Positions 29,705-39,859 of a stretch of DNA of 64,000 nucleotides are shown here, piece after piece (the stretch's first letter is position 1; each line of letters begins with the position of its first letter). The stretch covers positions 39,971-103,970 of the forward strand of contig CAZBGI010000003.1 of the NCBI GenBank assembly GCA_964491395.1, read 5' to 3'. The stretch comes from an uncultured Bacteroidales bacterium. GTDB lineage: Bacteria > Bacteroidota > Bacteroidia > Bacteroidales > UBA7960. Position numbers and translations under genes: made by a program. The notes beneath the pieces are model-generated. The model made no database searches. It saw only the letters and a list, made by a program, of their open reading frames with translations, and was not told the origin of the DNA.

Positions 29705-30607
29705 ATGAAAAATTTAACCGTGATAATTGTTGTTTTGTTTATTACCATGGGTAACTCTTTTGGTCAGGATACCATCACAGACGAAGGGAACTGGGAGTTT
29801 TCAGGTTTTTTCCAACAAAATCTTAACCAGGTAAGTTTTACCAATTGGGCTGCCGGAGGAGAAAATTCCTTTTCCTCAACTTCCAACGCAAGAATAGACG
29901 CAAATTTTACGGAAGGGAAAATCAGCTGGGAGAATTACCTGGACATGTCTTATGGGATTGTTAAACTTGAAAATTCTCCAACCCGAAAAAATACCGATAA
30001 AATTGATTTGTTTTCCAAATTTGGTAGAAAAATCAATGAAAAGTTATTGTATTCAGCTATTTTCAACTTCCAGTCACAATTTGACAAGGGTTACAACCCT
30101 TCAGAACCCAACGAGGTCGTTTCCCGTTTTATGGCACCTGGCTACCTGACCATTGCCCTGGGGTTGGACTACAAACCTACTGATTATCTGTCCCTTTTAT
30201 TTTCTCCTGCTACTGGTAAGTTCACTTTTGTAATGGATGATATGCTTGCTGCTCAAGGGGCATATGGGGTTAAAGAAGATGAAAACTTAAATTCAGAATT
30301 TGGTGCTTTGTTGCGCTTGGAGTTTGAGAAGGAAGTAATAACCAATGTAAATGTGAATTCAAGAATCATTCTTTTCAACAATTACACCGATTCCGATGTC
30401 AGCAACCGCAAGAATACTGATGTGGATTGGGTGATGGGAATTAACATGCCTGTAAATAAATTTATAACCGCTACCGTAGGTTTTCATTTGTTATACGACC
30501 ATGATGTTAAAATAGAGAGAGATACAACAGATAATGGAGAGCCGATCGTGGGGCCTGCAACACAGTTTAAACAGCAATTCGGGCTGGGAGTTGTTTATGA
30601 TTTCTGA
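29705..30607 (+). CDS. putative outer-membrane beta-barrel protein (DUF3078-like)
   Basis: ATG at 29705 gives MKNLTVIIVVLFITMGNSFGQD, a signal peptide. The body shows alternating beta-strand character and ends in a terminal Phe (GLGVVYDF). The DUF assignment is from memory. Confidence 0.45.
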   Translation: MKNLTVIIVVLFITMGNSFGQDTITDEGNWEFSGFFQQNLNQVSFTNWAAGGENSFSSTSNARIDANFTEGKISWENYLDMSYGIVKLENSPTRKNTDKIDLFSKFGRKINEKLLYSAIFNFQSQFDKGYNPSEPNEVVSRFMAPGYLTIALGLDYKPTDYLSLLFSPATGKFTFVMDDMLAAQGAYGVKEDENLNSEFGALLRLEFEKEVITNVNVNSRIILFNNYTDSDVSNRKNTDVDWVMGINMPVNKFITATVGFHLLYDHDVKIERDTTDNGEPIVGPATQFKQQFGLGVVYDF

Positions 30608-30674
30608 TGAGTATGATATGGTTTTAAAGGACATGGCCTGAGAAATATATGAGAAAGTGGCCATAGAAAGAAGG

Positions 30675-30718
30675 AAAAGGGTTGCTGAAGAAACCTGCAG
30701 GTTTTCAGCGACCCTTTT
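30675..30718. terminator. bidirectional terminator between the beta-barrel gene and glnN
   Basis: An approximately 19-bp imperfect stem AAAAGGGTTGCTGAAGAAACC-TGCA-GGTTTTCAGCGACCCTTTT, A-rich before and T-rich after. Confidence 0.65.
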
Positions 30719-30743
30719 CTGTCGTCAATTTTATAAATGAAAC

Positions 30744-32933
30744 TTATTTGATAAACAGCATTTCCCTGTATTTGGGAAGTGTCCACATTTCGTCATCCAC
30801 GAGAATTTCGAGTTTATCAACATGGTAGCGAATTTGCTCTAAAAAAGGTTTTACTTCGTTACAGTAAAATCTCGATTTCAGATGAACCTCTTCGATGGCA
30901 TTGGCTTGTTTCCTTTTCTCTATCATTTCCTTCACAAATTTGCGAATAGCTGAAATATGTTCAGAAATTTTTCCGATAATGTAAATTTGCAATTCAGCCT
31001 GTTGTTTAAACTGCTCATCGCTGAGTATCTCTTTGAGTCCTTTAACATTGTCAACCAGAAGCTTCTGATACCTGATTGCCGTTGGAATGATATGATTTCC
31101 GGCCATGTCGGCCATTACCCTGGACTCTATCTGGATCACTTTTGCGTAATTCTCATGTCTTATTTCCCATCGCGCTTCCAGTTCTTTTGCTGAAAATATC
31201 CGGGTCTCCGTAAAAAGTTTCAGGGTCTTTTCAGAAATGTATGCTTCAAGAGCTTCGGGAGTGTTTCTCAAATTCGACAAACCTCGCTTCTGCGCTTCTT
31301 TTACCCAATCTTCGCTATAGCCATTGCCTTCATATAAAATGGGTTTAGATTGTGTAATGTAAGTTCTGAGTAGTTTAAATATGGCCTCATCCTTTTCTTC
31401 TCCATTTTCCATGGCCTTGTCAAGCTCTTTTCTGAATTCTCTAAGCTGCTGCCCTATGGCCGTATTAAGGGCAATCATTGCCGGTCCGCAGTTGGCCGCA
31501 GAACCCACGGCTCTGAATTCAAACTTATTGCCGGTAAATGCCAGGGGAGAGGTTCGGTTTCTGTCGGTATTATCCAGAATTATCTGGGGTATTTTTCCAA
31601 TATTGAGCTTCAATTCTGTTTTTTCTTCCGGTGTCATTTTTCTGTTTTTCACCATTTCCTCTAATTCATTGAGTACTTTGGTCAATTGAGATCCGATAAA
31701 AACTGAGATGATAGCAGGAGGAGCTTCATTGGCTCCAAGACGGTGATCATTCCCGGCAGAGGAGATAACGGCCCGAAACAAATCAGCATGCGTGTAGACG
31801 GCTTTTATGAAATTGACAAAAAAGGTTAGAAACAACAAATTCGTTTTGGGTGTATGACCGGGGCTAAGCAGGTTTTTGCCTGTGTTGGTGGCCAGTGACC
31901 AGTTGTTGTGCTTCCCACTGCCGTTTATTCCGGCAAAAGGTTTTTCGTGGAATAAGATCCTGAACTTGTGTTTACGGGCTATTTTTTCCATCACTACCAT
32001 TACCAGTTGGTTGTGATCAATGGCAATATTGGCTTCCTCATACACGGGGGCAAGCTCAAACTGGTTGGGTGCCACTTCATTATGCCGCGTTTTGACCGGA
32101 ATGCCGAGTTTCCATGCTTCGTATTCAAATTCTTTCATAAATGCCATGGCCCTGGGAGCAATGGCACCAAAATAATGATCTTCCAGCTGTTGCCCTTTCG
32201 CAGGAGCGTGACCCAAAAGGGTTCGTCCGGTCATTACCAGATCCGGCCGGGCGTAATACAGGGCCTCGTCAACCAGAAAATATTCCTGCTCCCAGCCCAG
32301 TGTAGATATTACCTTGGTAATACTTCGATCGAAAAGTTGACATACCTCCGTCGCTTCACGGTCAATAAAGGAAAGGGTCTTGAGCAAGGGAGTTTTAAAA
32401 TCCAGGGCTTCCCCGGTATAGGCCACAAAAATGGTAGGGATGCAGAGGGTGTTTTCCATGATAAAAGCAGGGGAGGAGGGATCCCATGCAGAGTAGCCCC
32501 GTGCTTCAAAGGTATTGCGCAATCCACCGCTGGGAAAACTGCTGGCATCGGGCTCCTGCTGCACCAGCTTACTACCGTCGAATTGTTCGATGCTGCGATT
32601 GTCAGCTGAGGGACTGAAAAATGCGTCGTGCTTTTCTGCCGTTGCACCATTGAGAGGTAAAAACCAATGTGTGTAGTGGGTTGCTCCCTTGCTGATGGAC
32701 CATGCACGCATGGCCGAAGCTACCTGATCCGCTATTTTTTTGTCTATTTTTTCCGACTTCTCAATGTTTTCTGTAATACTGCGGTAAACATCATCCGGCA
32801 GGTATTCTCTCATCGCCCGATCGTTAAATACATTAATGCCAAAATATTCTGATACTTTTGGTGGCAAATCGTTACTTTCTTCAGGCCGGTGAGAAAGAGC
32901 TTCGTTTAAAGCAGTGAATCTTCGGTTGGTCAT
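30744..32933 (-). CDS. glnN: glutamine synthetase type III
   Basis: 729 aa, the characteristic GSIII length. It has the conserved N-terminal region (FGINVFNDRAMREYLP) and the catalytic-domain blocks NGSGKHNNWS and NDHRLGANEAPPAIIS. Confidence 0.9.
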   Translation of the reverse strand: MTNRRFTALNEALSHRPEESNDLPPKVSEYFGINVFNDRAMREYLPDDVYRSITENIEKSEKIDKKIADQVASAMRAWSISKGATHYTHWFLPLNGATAEKHDAFFSPSADNRSIEQFDGSKLVQQEPDASSFPSGGLRNTFEARGYSAWDPSSPAFIMENTLCIPTIFVAYTGEALDFKTPLLKTLSFIDREATEVCQLFDRSITKVISTLGWEQEYFLVDEALYYARPDLVMTGRTLLGHAPAKGQQLEDHYFGAIAPRAMAFMKEFEYEAWKLGIPVKTRHNEVAPNQFELAPVYEEANIAIDHNQLVMVVMEKIARKHKFRILFHEKPFAGINGSGKHNNWSLATNTGKNLLSPGHTPKTNLLFLTFFVNFIKAVYTHADLFRAVISSAGNDHRLGANEAPPAIISVFIGSQLTKVLNELEEMVKNRKMTPEEKTELKLNIGKIPQIILDNTDRNRTSPLAFTGNKFEFRAVGSAANCGPAMIALNTAIGQQLREFRKELDKAMENGEEKDEAIFKLLRTYITQSKPILYEGNGYSEDWVKEAQKRGLSNLRNTPEALEAYISEKTLKLFTETRIFSAKELEARWEIRHENYAKVIQIESRVMADMAGNHIIPTAIRYQKLLVDNVKGLKEILSDEQFKQQAELQIYIIGKISEHISAIRKFVKEMIEKRKQANAIEEVHLKSRFYCNEVKPFLEQIRYHVDKLEILVDDEMWTLPKYREMLFIK

Positions 32934-32969
32934 AGTGTATTAATTTTAGATAATAATCAAATATTTTTG

Positions 32970-32977
32970 CAAAGGTA
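32970..32977 (-). promoter_or_regulatory. candidate -7 box for glnN
   Basis: The minus strand reads TACCTTTG (TAnnTTTG), 37-44 nt upstream of ATG 32933. Confidence 0.3.
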
Positions 32978-33060
32978 TGTAAAAATTGGGGGTATGTTGA
33001 AAAATAGTAAACAAATTAACGAAATGATATGGAAAAATGAAGGGGGTGTATGGAAAAATG
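32976..33060. repeat. four TATG..AAAAAT-type direct repeats upstream of glnN
   Basis: TATGTAAAAAT (32976), TATGTTGAAAAAT (32993), TATGGAAAAATG (33028) and TATGGAAAAATG (33049). The last two are identical 12-mers 21 bp apart. Copies 2 and 4 are each preceded by GGGGGT. Confidence 0.5.
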
Positions 33061-33368
33061 TGTGTTATATTGCAATAATAATATGATAGGGTAGATTAAG
33101 GCATATCTACATAAAGATGCAATTAACCAACACACTGCACTTTAAACCCGGCATTTTTAGTGAATTTACTGTACTGCTTTAGGGAAAGATTCAGTAGTAT
33201 TTCTGATATTCGACCTTTTGCATTTGATTAATTTTGTAGTTTGATGGCATGATAAATCGAAACATGGATTTATTTAAGATTTAATTATGGGCAACATTTT
33301 ATCATTTTTTGCGTAGAGTAATATTATTATCGGTATACAAGAATTACTAAGCAACACAGACACAGATA

Positions 33369-34757
33369 TTGAAAACAAATAGGATAATAACACTTTTATG
33401 TATAGGCTTGGCAATTTTGTCCAATGCAGTGATGGGACAGGGACAACAGACTGAAGAAAAAGAACCTCCCACCACCCGCATCCTGTTTATTTTCGATGCG
33501 TCCCAAAGTATGTTTGCCCGTTGGCAGAGTGATATGAGAATTAATATTGCCCGTGGGTTACTCATTGAATTGTTGGATAGTCTCGAGCACACCCCCCATA
33601 CCCAACTAGCGCTTAGAGTATACGGACATCAAAAACGTTTCCCTCCGCAGGATTGTGACGATTCCAAACTTGAAATACCTTTTTCTGATGATAATATTTT
33701 CAGCATCAAACAACGATTGCGAAGCATAACCCCCAGGGGAACAACTCCTATAGCCATGTCTCTGGAGAGAGCGCAGCATGATTTCCCTCCCTGCGACAAC
33801 TGCCGGAATATTATCGTTTTGATAACGGATGGCATAGAAGAATGTGGGGGTGATCCCTGTGCGGTATCCCGCGAATTGCAAAAAAAAGGAATTGTTCTCA
33901 AACCTTTTATCATAGGTATTGGTCGCGATTTTAAAGAAGATTTTGAATGCGTTGGGCAATATTTTGATGCTACCAGCGAAACAGAATTCCGGCAAAGCCT
34001 CAACATTGTCATTTCCCAGGCTTTGGATAACACCACTGCCCAAATCAATTTGCTGGATGTTTATGGTCTTCCAACCGAAACCAATGTACCTGTGACTTTG
34101 CATGACCATGTTAGCGGAAGGATCATGGATAATTTTGTGCATACCTTTAATCATAGGGGGAAGCCGGATACACTTTACTATATGGATCCGTTAGTTACGT
34201 ATGACGTAAAAGTTCATACAACACCTCCTGTAATCATTGAGGATGTGAAGATTAATCCAGGCAACCATAATATTATCCCGGTAGATGCTCCACAAGGTAG
34301 TTTAACACTCCTGGTAGGAGGGACCACCCAGGTGGCTTATGAGGCCATTGTAAGAAAAGCCGGAGAAATGGAAACATTAACCACGCAGGCTTTTGGTTAT
34401 ACCGAAAAATACCTTGTGGGAGAATATGATCTTGAAGTACTCTCGTTGCCACGTATACATGTGAAAAATGTAGATATAAAGCAAAGCCACAACACAACTG
34501 TCGAGGTTCCTCAGCCTGGAATCGCAATTATCAGGCTGCCTGCTCAGGGTTATGCGAAAGTATTGCATGAAGAAGGAAACAAGCTGGATGTGGTACATGT
34601 ATTGCGCGAAAATGTACAGAGTGAAACCATCTATTTGCAACCCGGAAATTACAGGGTTGTTTACAGGCCGCGGTTTTCCACTCAAACCACCTTTTCCATA
34701 GAAAGAACCTTTAGAATTGATTCCGGAGTTTCCACCCCGGTTAATCTGAATTTCTGA
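33369..34757 (+). CDS. secreted von Willebrand factor type A (VWA) domain protein
   Basis: 462 aa with a TTG start and signal peptide MKTNRIITLLCIGLAILSNAVMG. MIDAS motif DASQSM in LFIFDASQSM. The C-terminal half is beta-rich. Confidence 0.75.
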   Translation: MKTNRIITLLCIGLAILSNAVMGQGQQTEEKEPPTTRILFIFDASQSMFARWQSDMRINIARGLLIELLDSLEHTPHTQLALRVYGHQKRFPPQDCDDSKLEIPFSDDNIFSIKQRLRSITPRGTTPIAMSLERAQHDFPPCDNCRNIIVLITDGIEECGGDPCAVSRELQKKGIVLKPFIIGIGRDFKEDFECVGQYFDATSETEFRQSLNIVISQALDNTTAQINLLDVYGLPTETNVPVTLHDHVSGRIMDNFVHTFNHRGKPDTLYYMDPLVTYDVKVHTTPPVIIEDVKINPGNHNIIPVDAPQGSLTLLVGGTTQVAYEAIVRKAGEMETLTTQAFGYTEKYLVGEYDLEVLSLPRIHVKNVDIKQSHNTTVEVPQPGIAIIRLPAQGYAKVLHEEGNKLDVVHVLRENVQSETIYLQPGNYRVVYRPRFSTQTTFSIERTFRIDSGVSTPVNLNF

Positions 34758-34918
34758 TAATTATTCTGCTGGTCTTTATTGGTTCGTCTTTTTAACAGAC
34801 CGATACTTGCAGACACTTTTCCATAAAAGAGCAAAAGTTTTTATGCCTATTTGTCTGGTTTCATTAAACCTTTTCCGTTCAGGTTAGTCTCATCTACTGA
34901 AAAAACATTGCAGGTTAT

Positions 34919-35467
34919 ATGGTGCACTACTCCGATGAAAAATTACTGGAATGGGTTCAGGATTCTGATAATCCCGATTATGCTTTTAATTTAATCGTGC
35001 GCAAATACCAGGAGAAGTTATACTGGCATGTAAGAAGACTTGTATTTGATCATGAAGATGCCAACGATGTAATTCAGGAAGTTTTTATCAAAGCATGGAA
35101 AGCACTGGAAAGCTTCAGGGGAGAATCAGGTTTATTTACCTGGTTATATCGTATAGCAACCAATGAGGCGCTTAGTTTTATTAAACGGAAAAAGAGAAGG
35201 TATTTCTTGCCCTGGCAGGATGTAGAAAATACTATGGCTGAGAAACTGGAATCAGACCCTTATTTTAGTAGCAATGAAATACAGAGAAAGCTTCAAAAAG
35301 CCATTCTCCAACTTCCTGAAAAGCAGCGGGTAGTTTTTAATTTGAGGTATTACGATGAAATGAAATATGAAGATATGGCCCGGGTTTTGGATACTTCTGT
35401 GGGAGCATTAAAGGCTTCCTATCATCATGCAGCAAAGAAAATTGAAGAATCTGTAAAAGACATTTAA
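34919..35467 (+). CDS. ECF-type RNA polymerase sigma-70 factor
   Basis: 182 aa with region 2 (DANDVIQEVFIKAW) and a region 4 HTH (YEDMARVLDTSVGALKASYHHAAKKI). Confidence 0.9.
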   Translation: MVHYSDEKLLEWVQDSDNPDYAFNLIVRKYQEKLYWHVRRLVFDHEDANDVIQEVFIKAWKALESFRGESGLFTWLYRIATNEALSFIKRKKRRYFLPWQDVENTMAEKLESDPYFSSNEIQRKLQKAILQLPEKQRVVFNLRYYDEMKYEDMARVLDTSVGALKASYHHAAKKIEESVKDI

Positions 35468-35510
35468 ACTATTGATGGGTTTTGGTGTCTAATACAATAA
35501 TTGCTATACC

Positions 35511-35990
35511 ATGGAAAATAATATAATAAAAAAGGAATTGCAGGAAATAGCCCCTGAACTGGGAAAATTAGAGAAAGAAAATCCTTTTTCTGTTCCCGTT
35601 GATTACTTTGAAAATTTGCCTTCCCAGGTTCAGGAAAGGATAGTGGTAAGCCGGAAAAAAAGTCTTTCACCCGGATTTTACAGCCTGCCCCGATTGGCAT
35701 TTGCAGGCTTTACAGCTGTAATGCTGCTGCTTGCCGGTTATTTGTTCCTGCTCAGAAATCCTTCTGAAACCACAAATGGCTTTGCCGATGAGATCTATAT
35801 GTCTCCGCAGATGGAATGGTATGCCGAATATCAGTCTGATGTATACTATGAAATTATTCTGGATGAATATGAAACCCATGAAATACCGGTGGAAGATAGT
35901 TTTGAGGAGGATCCGGTTATGATGGATTACCTGATTGATTATGGTAATTTTTTTATGGATGCACCCTATGAAGACGATACAATTGATTAG
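35511..35990 (+). CDS. single-pass membrane protein, probable anti-sigma factor
   Basis: 159 aa with one TM segment (LAFAGFTAVMLLLAGYLFLL), immediately downstream of the ECF sigma gene. Confidence 0.4.
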   Translation: MENNIIKKELQEIAPELGKLEKENPFSVPVDYFENLPSQVQERIVVSRKKSLSPGFYSLPRLAFAGFTAVMLLLAGYLFLLRNPSETTNGFADEIYMSPQMEWYAEYQSDVYYEIILDEYETHEIPVEDSFEEDPVMMDYLIDYGNFFMDAPYEDDTID

Positions 35991-36017
35991 AAAAAACTCA
36001 CAAAAGAATACATTGCT

Positions 36018-36488
36018 ATGAAAACATTACAATTCTCCCGTTTTACAGTTTTTATGACCTTGCTGTTTCTAATCCCTGCCATGAGTTATGCCCAACAGAG
36101 AATGGGACAACGACAGGATCGTTACAAGAAAATGGAAGCTCAAAGGATTGCTTTTATAACCCAGGAACTCTCTCTTACTCCTGAAGAAGCCAAGGTTTTT
36201 TGGCCTGTATACATTGAGTACAACCAAAAGAGAAATCAAATGATGATTCGACATCGCGAAGAACGAAGAAGTACTGTCAATATTGACGATCTTTCAGAAC
36301 AGGAATTGATAGAACTGGCTGACGCAGATATCCGAAACATGGAAGAAATGGTTGCTTTACGAAGGGAATATCATCAAAGATTTAAAGAAATCCTTCCTGT
36401 AAAAAAAGTAGTTCAACTCTATGATGCAGAAAGAGATTTTAACCGGAGATTGTATCGGTCAGGAGCTCCCGGCAGAGGTCGGAATTAA
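36018..36488 (+). CDS. secreted helical protein (Spy/CpxP-like periplasmic protein)
   Basis: 156 aa with a signal peptide, charged and helical. It is the third gene of the sigma module. Confidence 0.35.
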   Translation: MKTLQFSRFTVFMTLLFLIPAMSYAQQRMGQRQDRYKKMEAQRIAFITQELSLTPEEAKVFWPVYIEYNQKRNQMMIRHREERRSTVNIDDLSEQELIELADADIRNMEEMVALRREYHQRFKEILPVKKVVQLYDAERDFNRRLYRSGAPGRGRN

Positions 36489-36504
36489 TCTTCAGGTGAA
36501 ACAG

Positions 36505-38856
36505 TCAGAAAATTTCTTCAAGCCAGCGACGCAGGCGGCTTCGGGGTTTCTCATCCGGCTCTCTCTCTCTTCTGCGTTGTTTTTGTTCCTTATCGGAAGG
36601 TCCAAAGACAGACTCCCACCAGTTTCGGACGGGAAGTTCTTCAACATACATGGCACAGGTGAGTTTTGCAGCCAGTGAATCGGGAAGCGAACTGAAATTG
36701 CCACGGGTATATTTGCGAACTTCTGGATGATGTTGTATCCTGCGGTGGTAATCTCCCCATAATGGCACCGCGCTGCGGTTGGATCCCAGGGGTGCTCCGT
36801 AAATTTTGGCAAAAGCAGGATTTTGCAACCCTGTCCATACACCCGTAATGAGACTGGGAGTAAACCCGATAAACCAGGTGTCAGCATTGTTTTGGGTAGT
36901 ACCGGTTTTTCCGGCCAAAGCTCCACGCAGCCCTGAATGATAACGCAATGAACCTGCAGTACCACTATCAACAACGGCCTGAAGCATGTACCTCGTCATA
37001 ACGGAAGCATCATAGGGAAGGACCGGTTCATAAGGCTGTTGTTTTTTGTTTTCAAAAAGAATCTTTCCGTTTTTATCTTCTATTTTTAGCAGCCAGATGG
37101 GTTCAACCGGTACCCCTTCTTTTAAAAATACACCATAAGAAGCGGTTAATTCCATCAGGCTAACACTGGCTGTCCCTAAAGCCAATGAAGGCAACCTGGG
37201 CATTTGAGAATGAATACCGCATTTAGCTGCAGTTTCGATTACAGGTAGTACACCTGTGAGGCTGATATAGTGAGCGGAAACTGTATTGACTGATTGGGCA
37301 AGTGCACCTGTCATGCTATAATAACCTTCATATTCTCCATGACTGTTTACAGGGCTCCAGTTGTCATATTCTTCATAAATGGTTTGTTCGTTTGATACAT
37401 ATTCGCACGGGTCAATACCCTGTTGTATAGCTGTGGCATACAAAAAAGGCTTAAATGTAGAGCCTGCTTGTCTTTGGGTTAAAATGTGCTCATACTGAAA
37501 AAAACGAAAATCGTTTCCACCCACCCAGGCTTTAACGTGTCCATTGGTAGCATCCATGGAAATGAGAGCACCATGCAGCATTTGCTGCATTCTGAATATG
37601 GAATCAATCGGCGATATTTCTACAGGTACAGGGCCTTGCCAACTAAACAGCTCCATGGCTGTTGGTTTGTTGAAAGCAGCTTTGATGGCTGATGCTTCCG
37701 TCTGGGCTTTGCTGAGCGACTCATACCGGTCACTTTTTTGCATGAGTTTGTTTAGCAATGCGGATGCTTTTTGGGGTGAGAGGTTTTTGTAATACGCATC
37801 CATTACCTTTTGTTGTTTGCTAAGTTGCGATTTTACAGCTGCCTCAGCCAGCAATTGAAGGTCGTAATTGAGGGTAGTGTAAATGCGAAGGCCATCCGTG
37901 TATAAATCGTAGTCTGTTTGGTTTTGTTGGTTATAGTGCTCAAGAATACGACCTGCCTCCTGCCTGAGATTTTCTCTGAAATAAGGGGCCGGGCCCTGGT
38001 TGTGAGTTATAGGGTTATAGTCAAGCATGATAGACATAGCTCGCAACGAATCTGCCCGAGGTGTATCTATATAACCGTATTTCTGCAATTGCCCAATCAC
38101 GGTATTTCTGCGTTGTAATGCTTTTTCAGGATGCAAGCGGGGATTATAGCTGGAAGTGGCTTTTAGCATGCCAATAAGCACCGCTGCCTCTTCCATGGCC
38201 AGATCTCCGGGGTTTTTATTGAAAAAACGTAAAGATGCAGCGCTGATGCCAAAAACATTTTCGCCGAAAGGAACCGTATTGAGATACAAGACCAAAATTT
38301 CATTTTTGGAATATATCTTTTCTAATCTCCTGGCCACAATCATTTCTCTTGCTTTGTTAACAGGCATGGAAAAAAAGCCGTTGTCCTGTCTGACGAAAAG
38401 GTTTTTGGCCAGTTGCTGACTAATGGTGCTACCGCCCCCGGCAGAACGTTGCTGAAGGAGCAGACTTTTAATCAATACCCGGCCAAGGCTGCGGTAATCT
38501 ATTCCGTTATGCTGATAAAACCTTGCATCTTCGGTGGCAATGAGAGCGTGATAAACATGCTGGGAAATCTGATCATAATTGGCGTGTGTTCTGTCTAAAA
38601 TAAAATATTTTCCAAGCAACTGACCATCTTCGGCCAGTATTTCTGAAGATAAATAGTTTTCTACAGATGCCAGTTCCTTATGAGTAGGGATCTTTCCGAA
38701 TATACCCATTCTTACACTGATAAAAAGCAAGCCCACCAGCAGGAAAATCAACATTATTGCTGATGCAAGAATGAGAAGGGTTTTGCGAAGAATGATTTTG
38801 CGGTATTGCGGGTCGTTTTTTAAACCGCTAAAGAAGTGTTTGTTTTTTCTGAACAA
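36505..38856 (-). CDS. class A penicillin-binding protein (PBP1A family, transglycosylase + transpeptidase)
   Basis: 783 aa. GT51 motifs EDARFYQHNGID and GGSTISQQLAKN. Transpeptidase motifs STFKPF, SVN and KTGTT. Confidence 0.9.
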   Translation of the reverse strand: MFRKNKHFFSGLKNDPQYRKIILRKTLLILASAIMLIFLLVGLLFISVRMGIFGKIPTHKELASVENYLSSEILAEDGQLLGKYFILDRTHANYDQISQHVYHALIATEDARFYQHNGIDYRSLGRVLIKSLLLQQRSAGGGSTISQQLAKNLFVRQDNGFFSMPVNKAREMIVARRLEKIYSKNEILVLYLNTVPFGENVFGISAASLRFFNKNPGDLAMEEAAVLIGMLKATSSYNPRLHPEKALQRRNTVIGQLQKYGYIDTPRADSLRAMSIMLDYNPITHNQGPAPYFRENLRQEAGRILEHYNQQNQTDYDLYTDGLRIYTTLNYDLQLLAEAAVKSQLSKQQKVMDAYYKNLSPQKASALLNKLMQKSDRYESLSKAQTEASAIKAAFNKPTAMELFSWQGPVPVEISPIDSIFRMQQMLHGALISMDATNGHVKAWVGGNDFRFFQYEHILTQRQAGSTFKPFLYATAIQQGIDPCEYVSNEQTIYEEYDNWSPVNSHGEYEGYYSMTGALAQSVNTVSAHYISLTGVLPVIETAAKCGIHSQMPRLPSLALGTASVSLMELTASYGVFLKEGVPVEPIWLLKIEDKNGKILFENKKQQPYEPVLPYDASVMTRYMLQAVVDSGTAGSLRYHSGLRGALAGKTGTTQNNADTWFIGFTPSLITGVWTGLQNPAFAKIYGAPLGSNRSAVPLWGDYHRRIQHHPEVRKYTRGNFSSLPDSLAAKLTCAMYVEELPVRNWWESVFGPSDKEQKQRRREREPDEKPRSRLRRWLEEIF

Positions 38857-38962
38857 AACAAATATAAATTGAGGTTCTCTTTTTTATTCTATGTATACCA
38901 CCAATGGATTTGAATCCTTGCAGAGCAGCTTATTGAGACTTTCTTGAAAGGCATTCGCCTTA

Positions 38963-39859
38963 TCAAAAGATAAAGAATAACGAAACACCAGCTACGCTTA
39001 TTGCCGCACCTGCAATTTCTTTCCAGCTTACAGATTGTTTAAAAAATATCATGGTGGGAGGAATGATAAGTATTGGAGTGATGGCCATAATGGTTGCAGC
39101 AATGCCTGTATTGGTGTTCTGGGCTGCCAGCAGTGAGAGAGAAACGCCAATGAAAGGGCCAAAGGTTGCCCCCAGCAACATCAAAAACATGGGTTTGGGC
39201 TGTTTTACAGCATAGAAAACAGCTCGCCACCGACGGAAAAAACTTACCAGGATACCAAACCCGAAAATACCTGCAATCACTCTGATTTGGGTAGCGGCAA
39301 ACGGGTCATAATCGCCCATGCCGTATTTGCTTAATGCATAACCCGTGGCTTGACCGGCGGCCCCAAGGAAGGCAAAGAACAGCCCTTTGACCGGATATTT
39401 TATCCGTGAACTCCCAGGCTTGTGCTTTTGGAAGATTACCAGAGCGATACCTGACATCGTCATAAGCATTCCTGCTATGTTTATATAGGTCAATTGCTCT
39501 CCCATAAGCAGCCACCCCTGAATAGCCGTTATAGGGGGTACAAGCGTCATAATAAGCATGGAAAGTCTTGAACCTATTAGGGTGAAAGCCTCAAAAAGAA
39601 ATAGGTCTCCGATCACAAAGCCTACCAGTCCTGACAGAATCAGCCAGAACCAGGAGTAACTTGATGCATCCAGGGGTAAAAACAAACCCCGGTTAAACCA
39701 GGAAAATAACCCCAGTAATACAAAAGCCATTATCAGGCGTATAATGTTAACAGCTACGCTTCCAACTTTCCGACTCGCTGTTTCAAAAGCAAGAGCAGTA
39801 ATAGTCCAGCAAAAAGCAGTGGCCAGGGCGGCAAGTTCCCCAATTCTTGATTCTAACAT
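38963..39859 (-). CDS. DMT superfamily (EamA) transporter
   Basis: 298 aa with about ten TM helices in two EamA-like halves. Confidence 0.8.
   Translation of the reverse strand: MLESRIGELAALATAFCWTITALAFETASRKVGSVAVNIIRLIMAFVLLGLFSWFNRGLFLPLDASSYSWFWLILSGLVGFVIGDLFLFEAFTLIGSRLSMLIMTLVPPITAIQGWLLMGEQLTYINIAGMLMTMSGIALVIFQKHKPGSSRIKYPVKGLFFAFLGAAGQATGYALSKYGMGDYDPFAATQIRVIAGIFGFGILVSFFRRWRAVFYAVKQPKPMFLMLLGATFGPFIGVSLSLLAAQNTNTGIAATIMAITPILIIPPTMIFFKQSVSWKEIAGAAISVAGVSLFFIF

Noticed and set aside
31968-32609. A 213-aa ORF antisense to glnN, and similar shadow ORFs such as 22342-22914, 33606-34154, 36492-36974, 48601-49080 and 49300-49788
   Set aside because: All lie entirely inside strongly supported genes on the opposite strand or in another frame, and they have junk-like composition.
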